IMG/VR virus record: IMGVR_UViG_3300024231_000003
Coordinates: 23,709 to 87,708 of that record
From: a virus
Length of the DNA: 64,000 nt
Direction: 5' to 3' (one strand)
The notes under the pieces were generated by a model. The model saw only the letters and a program-made list of their open reading frames with translations, was not told where the DNA came from and made no database searches. Positions 37,675-47,417 of this stretch are shown here, piece by piece (the stretch's first letter is position 1; the number at the start of each line of letters is the position of its first letter). The translations under genes and the position numbers were made by a program.

Positions 37675-40374
37675 ATGAAGAAACTATTAGCTACTATGGC
37701 AATTGCAATAACATTGTTATCTGCAACAACGCCTGTACAAGCATCACAATTTAAAAGTTATTACGCATTGGCTGCTAATTGGCGTCCAGCACAGCAGGTT
37801 AGCTTTGCTAACAGCATGATAGGTGTATACGAACGTAGTAACAGAATGTATTCAAACTTTATTAACAAGTACTCACGTTATGCAGGTGCAAGCTGGTATG
37901 ACAATATGAAGGCACGACATGCATTCCAAGTTAATGAAATTGCAAAGTACAAATTATTAATAGAACAAAGTTCTGCGCCAAAGGTAACATTAGTTGATAC
38001 AGTTGTTACAACAGACGATAGAACACTTGTTAATCGTAAAGCAACTGTGGTTACTAGTAATACGTCAACAGTTGAAGTTGAAACTACTGAAACAATGGTA
38101 AGTGAGTATGCAGTAGTAACACAAATATTGACAACGCCAGTTCATACGATTTATTATACAGTTACTAATACAACTAAAGTATATAGTGATGGTACACGTC
38201 AATCATCAAATGCAGTAAAGGTTAACAGACAAGAAACTGTTGATGAAACAGAAACAAAAATTACACGTGAACTAGTGCGTCAATACGCAGTTGTAATTAA
38301 GCAAGAACCTACTCTATCAGATCCAATTGCTACTGTAGATATTCTAACAGTTGATGAATATTTGGCACGTGCAGATGTAGACTATTCAGGCACACAAGCA
38401 TATATTGATGCAGTACATTCAGTAAACTCTCGCATTAATTCTGCATACATTACAGAAGATCGCGGACTTGCAAAATTTGGTAACTCACTAGCTGCAATTA
38501 ATGCTCCAGAAGCATGGGCACGTGGCTGGACAGGTAAAGGTAGTACTATTGCTATACTAGATACTGGTATTGATACAGATCATACTGAATTTACAGATAG
38601 TATTGCTGATATGAAATGTTTTACTCGTGCATGTAGTACTGGTTACGAAACAATAGAAGACAAAAATCGCTATGCACATGGCACTCATGTTGCAGGCATT
38701 GCAGCAGGTAATTTAGATGGCAATGGCTCAACAGGTGTTGCATATGATGCAGAATTATTAATTGCTAAAACAGCACATGATTTTGGAATGTTTGACTTCA
38801 GTGTTGCAGATGATGCAATTGAATGGGCAGTAGAACGTGGAGCAGATGCTATTAATATTAGTGCAAATTACAATGTAGACCGTACATACAAGTATAGTAT
38901 GAAAGAAATTGCACCTGGTATGTTCCGTTCAAATGACAAACGTGGACGTGATGGTATCACTTATGATAATTATGGATACTCAAATATCTACAACGATCCA
39001 TCATATTATGCTGATATCGTAGAAGCTATGACAGGACATGAAGCAGTATTGGTATTAGCCGCAGGTAATCAGCGTTTAGATTTTGCAGGACAGCCAGCAA
39101 GTTTAGCACTTGATGATGAAATTGGCAATCGTGTACTAGTTGTTGGTAACTATGATATTAAATTTAACAAAATGGCATCTAGCTCAAACAAAGCGGGAAC
39201 TGTATGTTATGACTTTAATGAAACAACACAACAATGTAATAATACTAAACGTGTTTCAGATCGCTTTATCCTTGCTCCTGGTCAGTGGATAATGAGTGCA
39301 GACAATAATGGTGAATATAGAACTAACAGTGGTACATCAATGGCTGCTCCAATAGTATCAGGAGCAGTAGGAATAGTTCATCAAATGTGGCCACATATGA
39401 CAGGTGCAAATATAGCTAAACTACTTCTAGATACTGCAAGCACTGATGAAATTATTGATTATGATGTAAATGTACATGGACAAGGACTGTTGGATTTAAA
39501 TGAAGCTACTACTCCACAAGGAGTACTTGGCATTCCAACAACAGGACGTATTGATGGTAAAAGCACAAGTGTTGATAGAACAGGTACAATTGCAATCAGT
39601 GGAGCAAGTATTAGCGCACTACAAGAAGTTATGGTTGTTGATGATTACGACAGAGACTTTTATTTTGACGCAAATGCATCTATAGCAGTAAATGATACTC
39701 GAACAGCAAGTGCTACACAATCAGCACAGAGCGGGTTTACTCCAGATTATTATATTGGTTATACTGGCGGTAAAATTGTTCCAATATCAAACGGTGCAAT
39801 TAGTATTAATTCAGAAAACAATGAATTTGCATTAGTACAACAGTTTGGTGGCTTTACAGTAGGGTTAGCAAGTGAACAAGATAGTTTCCTTGGTAATGTA
39901 GCAAATAGTGATCTAATGAGAGTAACTGGCGCAACTACAGCATATGTTGGATATGGTTTTGACACTGGCTTACTATTTGGTAATGCACAGTTAGGCGCTA
40001 CTGACTTAGATGTTGACAATACAAGTTTCCTTAAATCTGCAAGCACGTTAATGAGTTATAGTGCAACAGTTGGTACAAAGAAAACAATTGGCAATTCAAC
40101 GTTTGGATTTGTAACAAGTCTTCCAGTATCAATATCAAGTGGACAAGCAAACTTTAATATGCCATCTAGTGTAAGTGCAGACGGTGCAATTCTTAATAGT
40201 GACGCATCAAGCTCATTAGCTACACAGTATCAAGAAGTAGACTTTGGTGTATTTTACAATAATCAAATAACTGATTCAGTAGCATTTGATAGTTTTGCAG
40301 AATTGCGTACAAACTATGCAGGTACAACTAATGATGCAGTACAAGTTGGATTTAACTTTAAGGTAGCATTTTAA
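37675..40374 (+). CDS. Secreted S8 subtilisin-like protease with C-terminal beta-barrel-like domain
   Basis: Signal peptide; LDTG, HGTHVAG, AAGN, SGTSMAAP; ends VGFNFKVAF. Confidence 0.9.
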   Translation: MKKLLATMAIAITLLSATTPVQASQFKSYYALAANWRPAQQVSFANSMIGVYERSNRMYSNFINKYSRYAGASWYDNMKARHAFQVNEIAKYKLLIEQSSAPKVTLVDTVVTTDDRTLVNRKATVVTSNTSTVEVETTETMVSEYAVVTQILTTPVHTIYYTVTNTTKVYSDGTRQSSNAVKVNRQETVDETETKITRELVRQYAVVIKQEPTLSDPIATVDILTVDEYLARADVDYSGTQAYIDAVHSVNSRINSAYITEDRGLAKFGNSLAAINAPEAWARGWTGKGSTIAILDTGIDTDHTEFTDSIADMKCFTRACSTGYETIEDKNRYAHGTHVAGIAAGNLDGNGSTGVAYDAELLIAKTAHDFGMFDFSVADDAIEWAVERGADAINISANYNVDRTYKYSMKEIAPGMFRSNDKRGRDGITYDNYGYSNIYNDPSYYADIVEAMTGHEAVLVLAAGNQRLDFAGQPASLALDDEIGNRVLVVGNYDIKFNKMASSSNKAGTVCYDFNETTQQCNNTKRVSDRFILAPGQWIMSADNNGEYRTNSGTSMAAPIVSGAVGIVHQMWPHMTGANIAKLLLDTASTDEIIDYDVNVHGQGLLDLNEATTPQGVLGIPTTGRIDGKSTSVDRTGTIAISGASISALQEVMVVDDYDRDFYFDANASIAVNDTRTASATQSAQSGFTPDYYIGYTGGKIVPISNGAISINSENNEFALVQQFGGFTVGLASEQDSFLGNVANSDLMRVTGATTAYVGYGFDTGLLFGNAQLGATDLDVDNTSFLKSASTLMSYSATVGTKKTIGNSTFGFVTSLPVSISSGQANFNMPSSVSADGAILNSDASSSLATQYQEVDFGVFYNNQITDSVAFDSFAELRTNYAGTTNDAVQVGFNFKVAF

Positions 40375-40940
40375 TGGTAGGAACATACCAAAGGGGTCAG
40401 CTAGAAATTATAGCTGGCCCTATGTTTGCAGGTAAAAGTAGTGAGCTTTTAAAGAGGCTACTTTATCTTGAACACAGTGGACATAAAGTATTGGTGCTTA
40501 AACCAGTTATAGATGATCGTTATGATGCAAATAGTATAGTAACACACAACCAATTAAAGCACGATGCAATAGCAGTAATTGATTTGGAATTAGTAAAAGA
40601 TAATTACACAATTAAACCTTATAACTTTCACACAGTATTCATTGACGAGGTACAATTCTTTGATCCAAAAGAAACACTATGGTTTGTAGAAGAAGGTTTG
40701 CGTGAAGGAGTTAATTTTGTATGTGCAGGACTTGACCAGGACAGTAGAGGTGTACCATTTGACACAACCGCCCGTATGCTTGCACTAGCAGATAATATTA
40801 TGAAGATAAGGGCATATTGTACTGTATGTGGGCAAAATGCAAGTAAAACACAACGCTTAAGAAGTACTGGTGGCAGAGTAAATGTAGGCGGTACAGAAAC
40901 ATATGAACCACGCTGTCGTAATCATTGGGAAAGTAAGTAA
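40374..40940 (+). CDS. tdk: Thymidine kinase
   Basis: GPMFAGKS, IDEVQFF, CTVC, YEPRCR. Confidence 0.95.
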   Translation: MVGTYQRGQLEIIAGPMFAGKSSELLKRLLYLEHSGHKVLVLKPVIDDRYDANSIVTHNQLKHDAIAVIDLELVKDNYTIKPYNFHTVFIDEVQFFDPKETLWFVEEGLREGVNFVCAGLDQDSRGVPFDTTARMLALADNIMKIRAYCTVCGQNASKTQRLRSTGGRVNVGGTETYEPRCRNHWESK

Positions 40941-41605
40941 TGACATACGAGTACACCCAGGAATGGGATAGGAATAAAATTAACATAATATTTCGTGGCG
41001 GTGCTGGTGGAAACTTTATACATTATGCATTATCTAAGCATATTTTAAAAGAGCAAAATGTAGAATATAATTACAGCAGTGATAGATCAGAATATCATAT
41101 TGACACTTCTGATTGTACTATTATTGCTAATGCTCATATTAATTTATGGTTTCGTGACATTAACCATACTATAAAATATAACGATGAAATATATACAAAA
41201 CAGCAATACCGTAAAGCAATAAGTCATTATAAAGGCACCAAAGTTGTATTTGTACAATTATCCGTTGATAATTATGCGTATACTGAACATTTATCAAGAG
41301 CCAAGGCAACTGATTTAAAAAAAGATGAAATTGTAGATAACTTACCTGATCTTTATGATGAACAGTTGGCGTATAATCGACATTATAAATTTGCTTCTAA
41401 AATATTTAAGCAGTCTGGTATTGACGTATTTAACTTAGACTATGCTAAATTATTAAAATATGATACTATAAGTGAAAGTCGTCGTCTATGTAATTGGCTA
41501 GGGTATGCGTACAATGAAGATTTTGCAAATGAAATACAAAATTATTACACAGATAACAATATGCTATTGAATAAAAAATATAAAAAACCACCAACACTAC
41601 TATAA
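40940..41605 (+). CDS. Hypothetical, sulfotransferase/P-loop-like
   Basis: FRGGAGGNF, LDYAKL..LCNWLG. Confidence 0.5.
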   Translation: MTYEYTQEWDRNKINIIFRGGAGGNFIHYALSKHILKEQNVEYNYSSDRSEYHIDTSDCTIIANAHINLWFRDINHTIKYNDEIYTKQQYRKAISHYKGTKVVFVQLSVDNYAYTEHLSRAKATDLKKDEIVDNLPDLYDEQLAYNRHYKFASKIFKQSGIDVFNLDYAKLLKYDTISESRRLCNWLGYAYNEDFANEIQNYYTDNNMLLNKKYKKPPTLL

Positions 41606-41616
41606 GGAAAGATACA

Positions 41617-41784
41617 ATGAATATAGAAGACTCAGATTATGCAATTATAATAACACATGATGGAAAACTAAGAGGAGTTATGCTCTCTGAAGATCCAAAT
41701 CATAAGATGCCTCCAGAAATAGTAAGAATGATACAGCTAGTATATGGTGATGAATTATTTAATCAAGAGAGAGTACTACATTGA
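41617..41784 (+). CDS. Small hypothetical protein (55 aa, not in ORF track)
   Basis: AAGGA RBS, MNIEDSDYAIII...ERVLH; stop overlaps next ATG. Confidence 0.6.
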   Translation: MNIEDSDYAIIITHDGKLRGVMLSEDPNHKMPPEIVRMIQLVYGDELFNQERVLH

Positions 41785-42065
41785 TGGAAAATAGTCCCAT
41801 CAATGCGTTCCAGCAACTAATGGCTATAACTGCAGAAGAATGTAGTGAGCTCACACAAGTTGCAATGAAGCAAATACGCAAATATGATGATGTTAACCAA
41901 ATGGACGACAACATGCATAGACAGTTAATTGAAGAAGTTGGAGATGTTATGTGTATGATTGACCTTATGATTGAATATGGTATAATATCAAAAGATGATA
42001 TAGACGCTAGGATACAGATTAAGCGAGATAAGCTAAAAGTATGGAGTACATTGATACCTCAATGA
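41784..42065 (+). CDS. MazG-like nucleotide pyrophosphohydrolase
   Basis: AEECSEL..IEEVGDV. Confidence 0.78.
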   Translation: MENSPINAFQQLMAITAEECSELTQVAMKQIRKYDDVNQMDDNMHRQLIEEVGDVMCMIDLMIEYGIISKDDIDARIQIKRDKLKVWSTLIPQ

Positions 42066-42073
42066 TAAATGCC

Positions 42074-42102
42074 TTGACACGTTTAATAGAATATTGTATA
42101 AT
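42074..42102 (+). promoter_or_regulatory. Consensus sigma70 promoter
   Basis: TTGACA-17bp-TATAAT. Confidence 0.85.
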
Positions 42103-42143
42103 AACTGAAACTAGTAATACTTTAGGATACCAGGAGAATAATA

Positions 42144-43040
42144 ATGAAACTAAGATATAGTGAAGCATTTTATAGTGTGCAAGGCGAAGGTAAATTTGTA
42201 GGAGTACCTAGCGTATTCTTACGTACATTTGGTTGTAACTTACGTTGTATGAATTTTGGCCTTGGCAGAGATGAACCATCTCGTGCAGAAAAACATGCAG
42301 GCGGTCAACGCTATAATGAAGAAGTGAAAGCACTGTTAGATGCAGGTGTAGATAAAACAACTAAAGAGTTTAACGACTTGCCCATTATACATACTGGTTG
42401 TGATACGTATGCAAGTATATATCCAGAGTTTAAACATTTTAATAAAGAAGCAACTATTGACGAAGTAGTTGAACATTTACTATCACTTACTCCTAATGGA
42501 AAGTGGGTACAGGATAATGGACAGGATGTCCATTTAATTTTAACGGGTGGAGAACCGTTGCTAGCCTGGCAACGACTTTACGTAGAACTATTTGAACACC
42601 CTAGAATGAAGGATTTAAAAAATGTTACTTTTGAAACAAATACAACACAACATCTCCATGATGATTTTTTCCATTACCTCAACAGCACAGATAGGTTTAC
42701 AGTTACTTGGAGTTGTTCGCCTAAACTCAGCACCTCAGGAGAAGATTGGAATGATGCTATTAAGCCTCTTGTTGCTAACGAGTATTCCCGTGTTAATGGC
42801 AGTGAGCTTTACTTTAAATTTGTCGTTGCTAATAATGCAGATTTTGATGAAGTGGAAAAAGCTGTCAGTGCTTATCAGAATGCCGGGCTTCAATGTCCAG
42901 TATATCTTATGCCAATGGGCGGACGCAGTGAAGAATACAATCTCAACGTTACTGACGTGGCTGAAATATGTATGGAAAAAGGATGGAGATTTACACCAAG
43001 ACTCCACATATCACTCTTCGGAAATGCCTGGGGAACTTAA
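42144..43040 (+). CDS. queE: 7-carboxy-7-deazaguanine synthase
   Basis: FYSVQGEG, FLRTFGCNLRC...GCDT, TGGEP, SPKL, RLH. Confidence 0.9.
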   Translation: MKLRYSEAFYSVQGEGKFVGVPSVFLRTFGCNLRCMNFGLGRDEPSRAEKHAGGQRYNEEVKALLDAGVDKTTKEFNDLPIIHTGCDTYASIYPEFKHFNKEATIDEVVEHLLSLTPNGKWVQDNGQDVHLILTGGEPLLAWQRLYVELFEHPRMKDLKNVTFETNTTQHLHDDFFHYLNSTDRFTVTWSCSPKLSTSGEDWNDAIKPLVANEYSRVNGSELYFKFVVANNADFDEVEKAVSAYQNAGLQCPVYLMPMGGRSEEYNLNVTDVAEICMEKGWRFTPRLHISLFGNAWGT

Positions 43041-43106
43041 ACAAAACGAACAATTACGTAGAGCTATGGAAGCTCCTATTAATTACGACAATATAAGGAA
43101 AATGTT

Positions 43107-43253
43107 ATGAGCAAAATGAAAGATCAAGAACCCTATCACAACAAAGGTGCCATTGGAGCATTTTTAATTATCGCTTTTATGATGATTGGTGTTCCAATTA
43201 TTATGGGTACAGCAATGGGTTGGTTTAATTTATTTGGGATATTGGGATTATGA
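43107..43253 (+). CDS. Small membrane protein (48 aa, not in ORF track)
   Basis: MSKMKDQEPYHNKGAIGAFLIIAF...; overlaps next start. Confidence 0.5.
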   Translation: MSKMKDQEPYHNKGAIGAFLIIAFMMIGVPIIMGTAMGWFNLFGILGL

Positions 43254-43447
43254 ATAATTTTTGGTTAGCATGTAAATTTTGGTTAGTATGTTGCCTTATA
43301 GCAGCAGTTTGGATTCCAACAAATAGAGACCCATCAAATGGTTGGTTTGTATCTCTTTTAGGTGATACTGCTTTTTATGCAGGTAGAAGTTTACGTATGG
43401 TATATGACTACACATTGGGTTCAGGTGGAATAGGATCATATTTTTAG
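43250..43447 (+). CDS. Small hypothetical membrane protein
   Basis: Hydrophobic N-terminus; operonic. Confidence 0.5.
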   Translation: MNNFWLACKFWLVCCLIAAVWIPTNRDPSNGWFVSLLGDTAFYAGRSLRMVYDYTLGSGGIGSYF

Positions 43448-43449
43448 TA

Positions 43450-44568
43450 ATGAGTATGATAGATAAAATTTATAAATTTTGGGGAATAAAAGATGAACAT
43501 ATTTTTAGTGATGAATTCACAGGGTATGAAGACCTTTATCCAGAGTTTGATAAATTTAATAAAGATGTTTATGCTTTGGATCCTGCTGGCACTATTGATG
43601 ACGTGTTTAACCTTTATCGTAATAGGGGCATTGTTCCTATTACATACTACACTGAACAAGGAATCAGAGATGCAGTTCGAGCCTTTAGAAAGAAGTCTTA
43701 TAACGGAGTGCAAGCTGGACGAATTGGACTTGGAAACAATGCAGGGCAAACTCTTAACAGATTTATCTTTACAAACATGCAAACAGCAGAGCCAAAAGGA
43801 CGTGGATCAAATTCACTAAAAGATAGGTTCTTTGACGATAAAAAACTTAAACGTGCTATACGTATTTGCTTTGAGTTTCGTGAAGGAAACAAGCTGGTCT
43901 ATCCTTCAGCAATGCGCAGAGCGTTAGAACTTGTTACAGGTGAAAATGTTACTAACTTTAAAGCACAGAATGCACGTGCTATTGTAGAACATTTGTGTCC
44001 TGTAATGTGGGGCAGAGTATACGATTACAGTTGTGGGTATGGTGGTCGTTTACTAGGAACAAGTAGTAGTAACATGGCGTACACTTATATTGGTACAGAT
44101 CCAAATACTGAAACGTTTGAATACTTAAACTATATGGATACCTTTCTAAATAGTAATAGCGAAATCATACAAAGTGTAAGTGAAGATTATCAAAGTGAAA
44201 ACATTGATTTAGCATTTAGTAGTCCTCCTTATTTTAACTTAGAAAAGTATAGCGATGAACCCACACAGTGTATGGTAAATTATACGACATTAGATCAATG
44301 GTTTGAAGGATATGTTGAGCCTACTATGCAGAGTATATATAAAGGACTTAACAGTGACGGTATATTTGCTACAAATATTGCAGACTATAAAACATACAGT
44401 CAAAAAGAACCAGTCGAAGTATGTGAACGTTGGATTAAGACGGCAGAGAAAATAGGTTTTCAACATAGTGATACAATTAAAATGATGCTTAATACAAGGC
44501 CAGGTGCCGGTAATGATAAATTAGCAGGTAGAGAGAAATGGGAGGGTGTTTATGTCTTCACTAAATAA
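43450..44568 (+). CDS. DNA amino-methyltransferase (N4-C/N6-A type)
   Basis: YDYSCGYGGRLLG motif I, FSSPPYF motif IV. Confidence 0.82.
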   Translation: MSMIDKIYKFWGIKDEHIFSDEFTGYEDLYPEFDKFNKDVYALDPAGTIDDVFNLYRNRGIVPITYYTEQGIRDAVRAFRKKSYNGVQAGRIGLGNNAGQTLNRFIFTNMQTAEPKGRGSNSLKDRFFDDKKLKRAIRICFEFREGNKLVYPSAMRRALELVTGENVTNFKAQNARAIVEHLCPVMWGRVYDYSCGYGGRLLGTSSSNMAYTYIGTDPNTETFEYLNYMDTFLNSNSEIIQSVSEDYQSENIDLAFSSPPYFNLEKYSDEPTQCMVNYTTLDQWFEGYVEPTMQSIYKGLNSDGIFATNIADYKTYSQKEPVEVCERWIKTAEKIGFQHSDTIKMMLNTRPGAGNDKLAGREKWEGVYVFTK

Positions 44569-44959
44569 GATAGACGAGTATGCTGAAGAATTTAGTTTTT
44601 TAGATGATGATGATAGATTAGTGCATCTCATTGATATGGCTAAAAACTCACCAACTAGTTTACCAGAAGAATTACGTACTGATGATAGACTAGTAACTGG
44701 ATGCATGAGTCAAATATGGGTTGATGTAGGAGTAAAAGATAACATTGTTAACGTTTATTACGATAGTGATGCAATCATTACTAAAGGCATAACCAAAGTA
44801 GTATGTGACTGTTTTAGCGACATAACTGTAGAACAGGCAAAAACTATTACCAAAGATGACTTTGAAAAATTACAAATTAAAGAACTATTATCAGCAGTAC
44901 GCAGAAATGGTTTGGGAAGTTTAATTTCCACAATTACAAATAAGGTAAAACAATTATGA
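44552..44959 (+). CDS. sufE: Fe-S assembly sulfur acceptor SufE
   Basis: LVTGCMSQIWV, DSDAIITKG, LSAVRRNG. Confidence 0.9.
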   Translation: MSSLNKIDEYAEEFSFLDDDDRLVHLIDMAKNSPTSLPEELRTDDRLVTGCMSQIWVDVGVKDNIVNVYYDSDAIITKGITKVVCDCFSDITVEQAKTITKDDFEKLQIKELLSAVRRNGLGSLISTITNKVKQL

Positions 44960-46059
44960 ATCAGAACTATATTTTTACGAGCGAAAGTGTTAGCGCAGGA
45001 CATCCAGATAAGGTTGCAGACCAAATCAGTGATGCTCTAGTTGATGCCGGGTTCAAAGCAGGCGATGAAACAACTCGTGTTGCTGTTGAAACACTTGTAA
45101 CTACCAATCATGTAACATTGGCGGGCGAAGTAAAAAACTTTAACGTAACTACGGAAGAAGTTGAACAAATTATCCGTAACAAGGTTAAAGAGATTGGTTA
45201 CGAACAAGATGGATTCCATTGGGAAAAGTTAACTATTAATAATCAAACTATTAATAATAAACTACACAGCCAAAGTGCAGATATTGCTCTAGGCACAGAC
45301 GACTTTGGTGCAGGCGATCAGGGTATTATGTTTGGTTATGCATGTAACGACAACGATGCATACCTTCCAGCTCCTATCTACTACGCACACGAAGTTTTAA
45401 AAGAGTTAAATAAAGAACGTGCAATTACAAATATTCTTGGACCAGATGCCAAGTCACAAGTAAGTGTACAATACGAAGGTGGCAAAGTACAACGTATCGA
45501 TCAAGTTGTAGTTAGTACACAACATACAGAAGGCAATGTAGAACTAGCACGTGATTTATGCAAACAGTCTGCAATGGAAGTCCTTGGAGATTTAATTGAT
45601 GAACAAACTACATGGCATCTTAACCCTACTGGAAACTTTGTTATTGGCGGTCCTGACGGTGATGCTGGTCTTACTGGGCGAAAAATTATTGTTGATACTT
45701 ATGGGGGTTTTGCTCCTCATGGTGGCGGTGCGTTTAGTGGCAAAGACCCAACAAAAGTAGACCGTAGTGCAGCTTATATGGCACGTTGGTTAGCAAAGAA
45801 CGTAGTAGCAGATGAAATGGCAGACTGGTGTAACATTCAGTTGTCGTATGCTATTGGTGTAAAGCAACCAACTAGTATCTATGTTGAGTCTAATGGATAT
45901 AGTAAGAGCATTGAAAAGTTTATTCGTGAGAATATTGATTTATCACCAAAAGGAATCATTGACAGATTTGATATGTTCAACTATTATAGTTATAGTGAAA
46001 ATTGTACATATGGGCATTTTGGCGATAAAAATGTACCGTGGGAAAAGATAGGATGGTAA
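44956..46059 (+). CDS. metK: S-adenosylmethionine synthetase
   Basis: FTSESVSAGHPDK, GAGDQG, GGGAFSGKDPTKVDRSAAY. Confidence 0.97.
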   Translation: MNQNYIFTSESVSAGHPDKVADQISDALVDAGFKAGDETTRVAVETLVTTNHVTLAGEVKNFNVTTEEVEQIIRNKVKEIGYEQDGFHWEKLTINNQTINNKLHSQSADIALGTDDFGAGDQGIMFGYACNDNDAYLPAPIYYAHEVLKELNKERAITNILGPDAKSQVSVQYEGGKVQRIDQVVVSTQHTEGNVELARDLCKQSAMEVLGDLIDEQTTWHLNPTGNFVIGGPDGDAGLTGRKIIVDTYGGFAPHGGGAFSGKDPTKVDRSAAYMARWLAKNVVADEMADWCNIQLSYAIGVKQPTSIYVESNGYSKSIEKFIRENIDLSPKGIIDRFDMFNYYSYSENCTYGHFGDKNVPWEKIGW

Positions 46060-46062
46060 ATT

Positions 46063-46350
46063 ATGGGTTGGTGGAATAAACTAGTCAGAGACAGGATTGC
46101 AGCGAAACAAACTGCTGAATTAATGTCTGAAAAAGAAAAACTTACTTCAAAAGGAATGCCCTTTGTTAGAGTAGTAAATGTAAATTTAGATGAAGAAAAT
46201 CCAGGAGATGGATATTTTGAACTAGATTGGAATCATTACTTTATTAAAAAGCTACAAGAAGCTGGATATAGTGGAAGTAGTGAAGAAGAAATTATTGATT
46301 CTTGGTTTACTAATCTATGTAGAGGTATTGCAGAAGATGTTTCTAATTGA
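46063..46350 (+). CDS. Hypothetical phage protein
   Basis: GYFELDWN..WFTNLCR. Confidence 0.65.
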   Translation: MGWWNKLVRDRIAAKQTAELMSEKEKLTSKGMPFVRVVNVNLDEENPGDGYFELDWNHYFIKKLQEAGYSGSSEEEIIDSWFTNLCRGIAEDVSN

Positions 46351-46358
46351 TATTTTAC

Positions 46359-46387
46359 TTGACATTAATATCACAATATGCTAAATT
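46359..46387 (+). promoter_or_regulatory. Sigma70-type promoter
   Basis: TTGACA-17bp-TAAATT with extended TG. Confidence 0.7.
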
Positions 46388-46423
46388 ACACATTAAGAAA
46401 CAACAAAAAGGATTACCTTTAAC

Positions 46424-47416
46424 ATGAGTAGCACTTATATATTAGTAGACGCCGCAAATATGTTTATGCGGGCAAGACACGTAGTACGTGGTAGTGACAT
46501 GAGCGAAAAGATTGGCATGGCATATCATATTATGTTTAATAGCATTAATAAGGTATGGCGTGACCAGAATGGCACTCATGTTGTATTTTGTTTAGAAGGC
46601 CGTAGTTGGCGCAAAGACATTTATACTCCATATAAAGCCAATCGTAAAGTTGCAGCACAAGCTAAAACTGAACAAGAGCAAATAGAGGATCAACAGTTTT
46701 GGGACGCATTTGATGACTTCCAGAATTTTATGACAACTAAAACTAATTGTACGGTTCTACAACACAAGCAATGTGAAGCAGATGACTTTATCGCACGTTG
46801 GATACAAAATCATCCTGAGGATAAGCACGTTATTGTAAGTAGTGATAGTGACTTTTATCAGTTATTGAATCCTAATGTACAACAGTATAATGGCATTACA
46901 GGACAACTTATTACAACTGATGGCATATTTGATGATCGTGGTAAGCCAGTTAAAGACAAGAAAACTAAAGAGCCTAAGCAAATTGGTGATCCTGAATGGT
47001 TGTTGTTTGAAAAGTGCATACGTGGTGATAGTGCTGACAATGTGTTTAGTGCATGTCCAGGTGCTCGTAAGAAAGGTACTAAGAATAAAGTAGGTATGTT
47101 AGAAGCCTTTGCAGATAGAAACACTAAAGGATATAACTGGAATAACTTTATGCTACAACGTTGGGTTGACCATAATAAAGTAGAGCATCGTGTATTAGAA
47201 GACTATCAGCGTAATGTACAGATAATTGATCTTACAGCACAGCCTGCTGATATTAAGCAAGCACTAGATGAGGTTATTATTGAACAAGTACAAAAAGACC
47301 GCAAAGGTCAAATTGGTATACATCTAATGAAACTATGTGGTAAATGGGATATGATAAAAGTCGCAGACAAAGCCCAAGACCATGCAACATACTTGAATGC
47401 ATCTTATGGAGGATAA
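46424..47416 (+). CDS. T4 RNase H-like 5'-3' exonuclease
   Basis: LVDAAN, WRKDIYTPYKANR, EADD, SSDSDFYQL, GDSADN. Confidence 0.9.
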   Translation: MSSTYILVDAANMFMRARHVVRGSDMSEKIGMAYHIMFNSINKVWRDQNGTHVVFCLEGRSWRKDIYTPYKANRKVAAQAKTEQEQIEDQQFWDAFDDFQNFMTTKTNCTVLQHKQCEADDFIARWIQNHPEDKHVIVSSDSDFYQLLNPNVQQYNGITGQLITTDGIFDDRGKPVKDKKTKEPKQIGDPEWLLFEKCIRGDSADNVFSACPGARKKGTKNKVGMLEAFADRNTKGYNWNNFMLQRWVDHNKVEHRVLEDYQRNVQIIDLTAQPADIKQALDEVIIEQVQKDRKGQIGIHLMKLCGKWDMIKVADKAQDHATYLNASYGG

Positions 47417-47417
47417 A

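Noticed and set aside
42622-43110. 162-aa alternative-frame ORF over queE
   Set aside because: Mostly overlaps queE; only a short 3' part from an ATG near 43004 might be real, and support is insufficient
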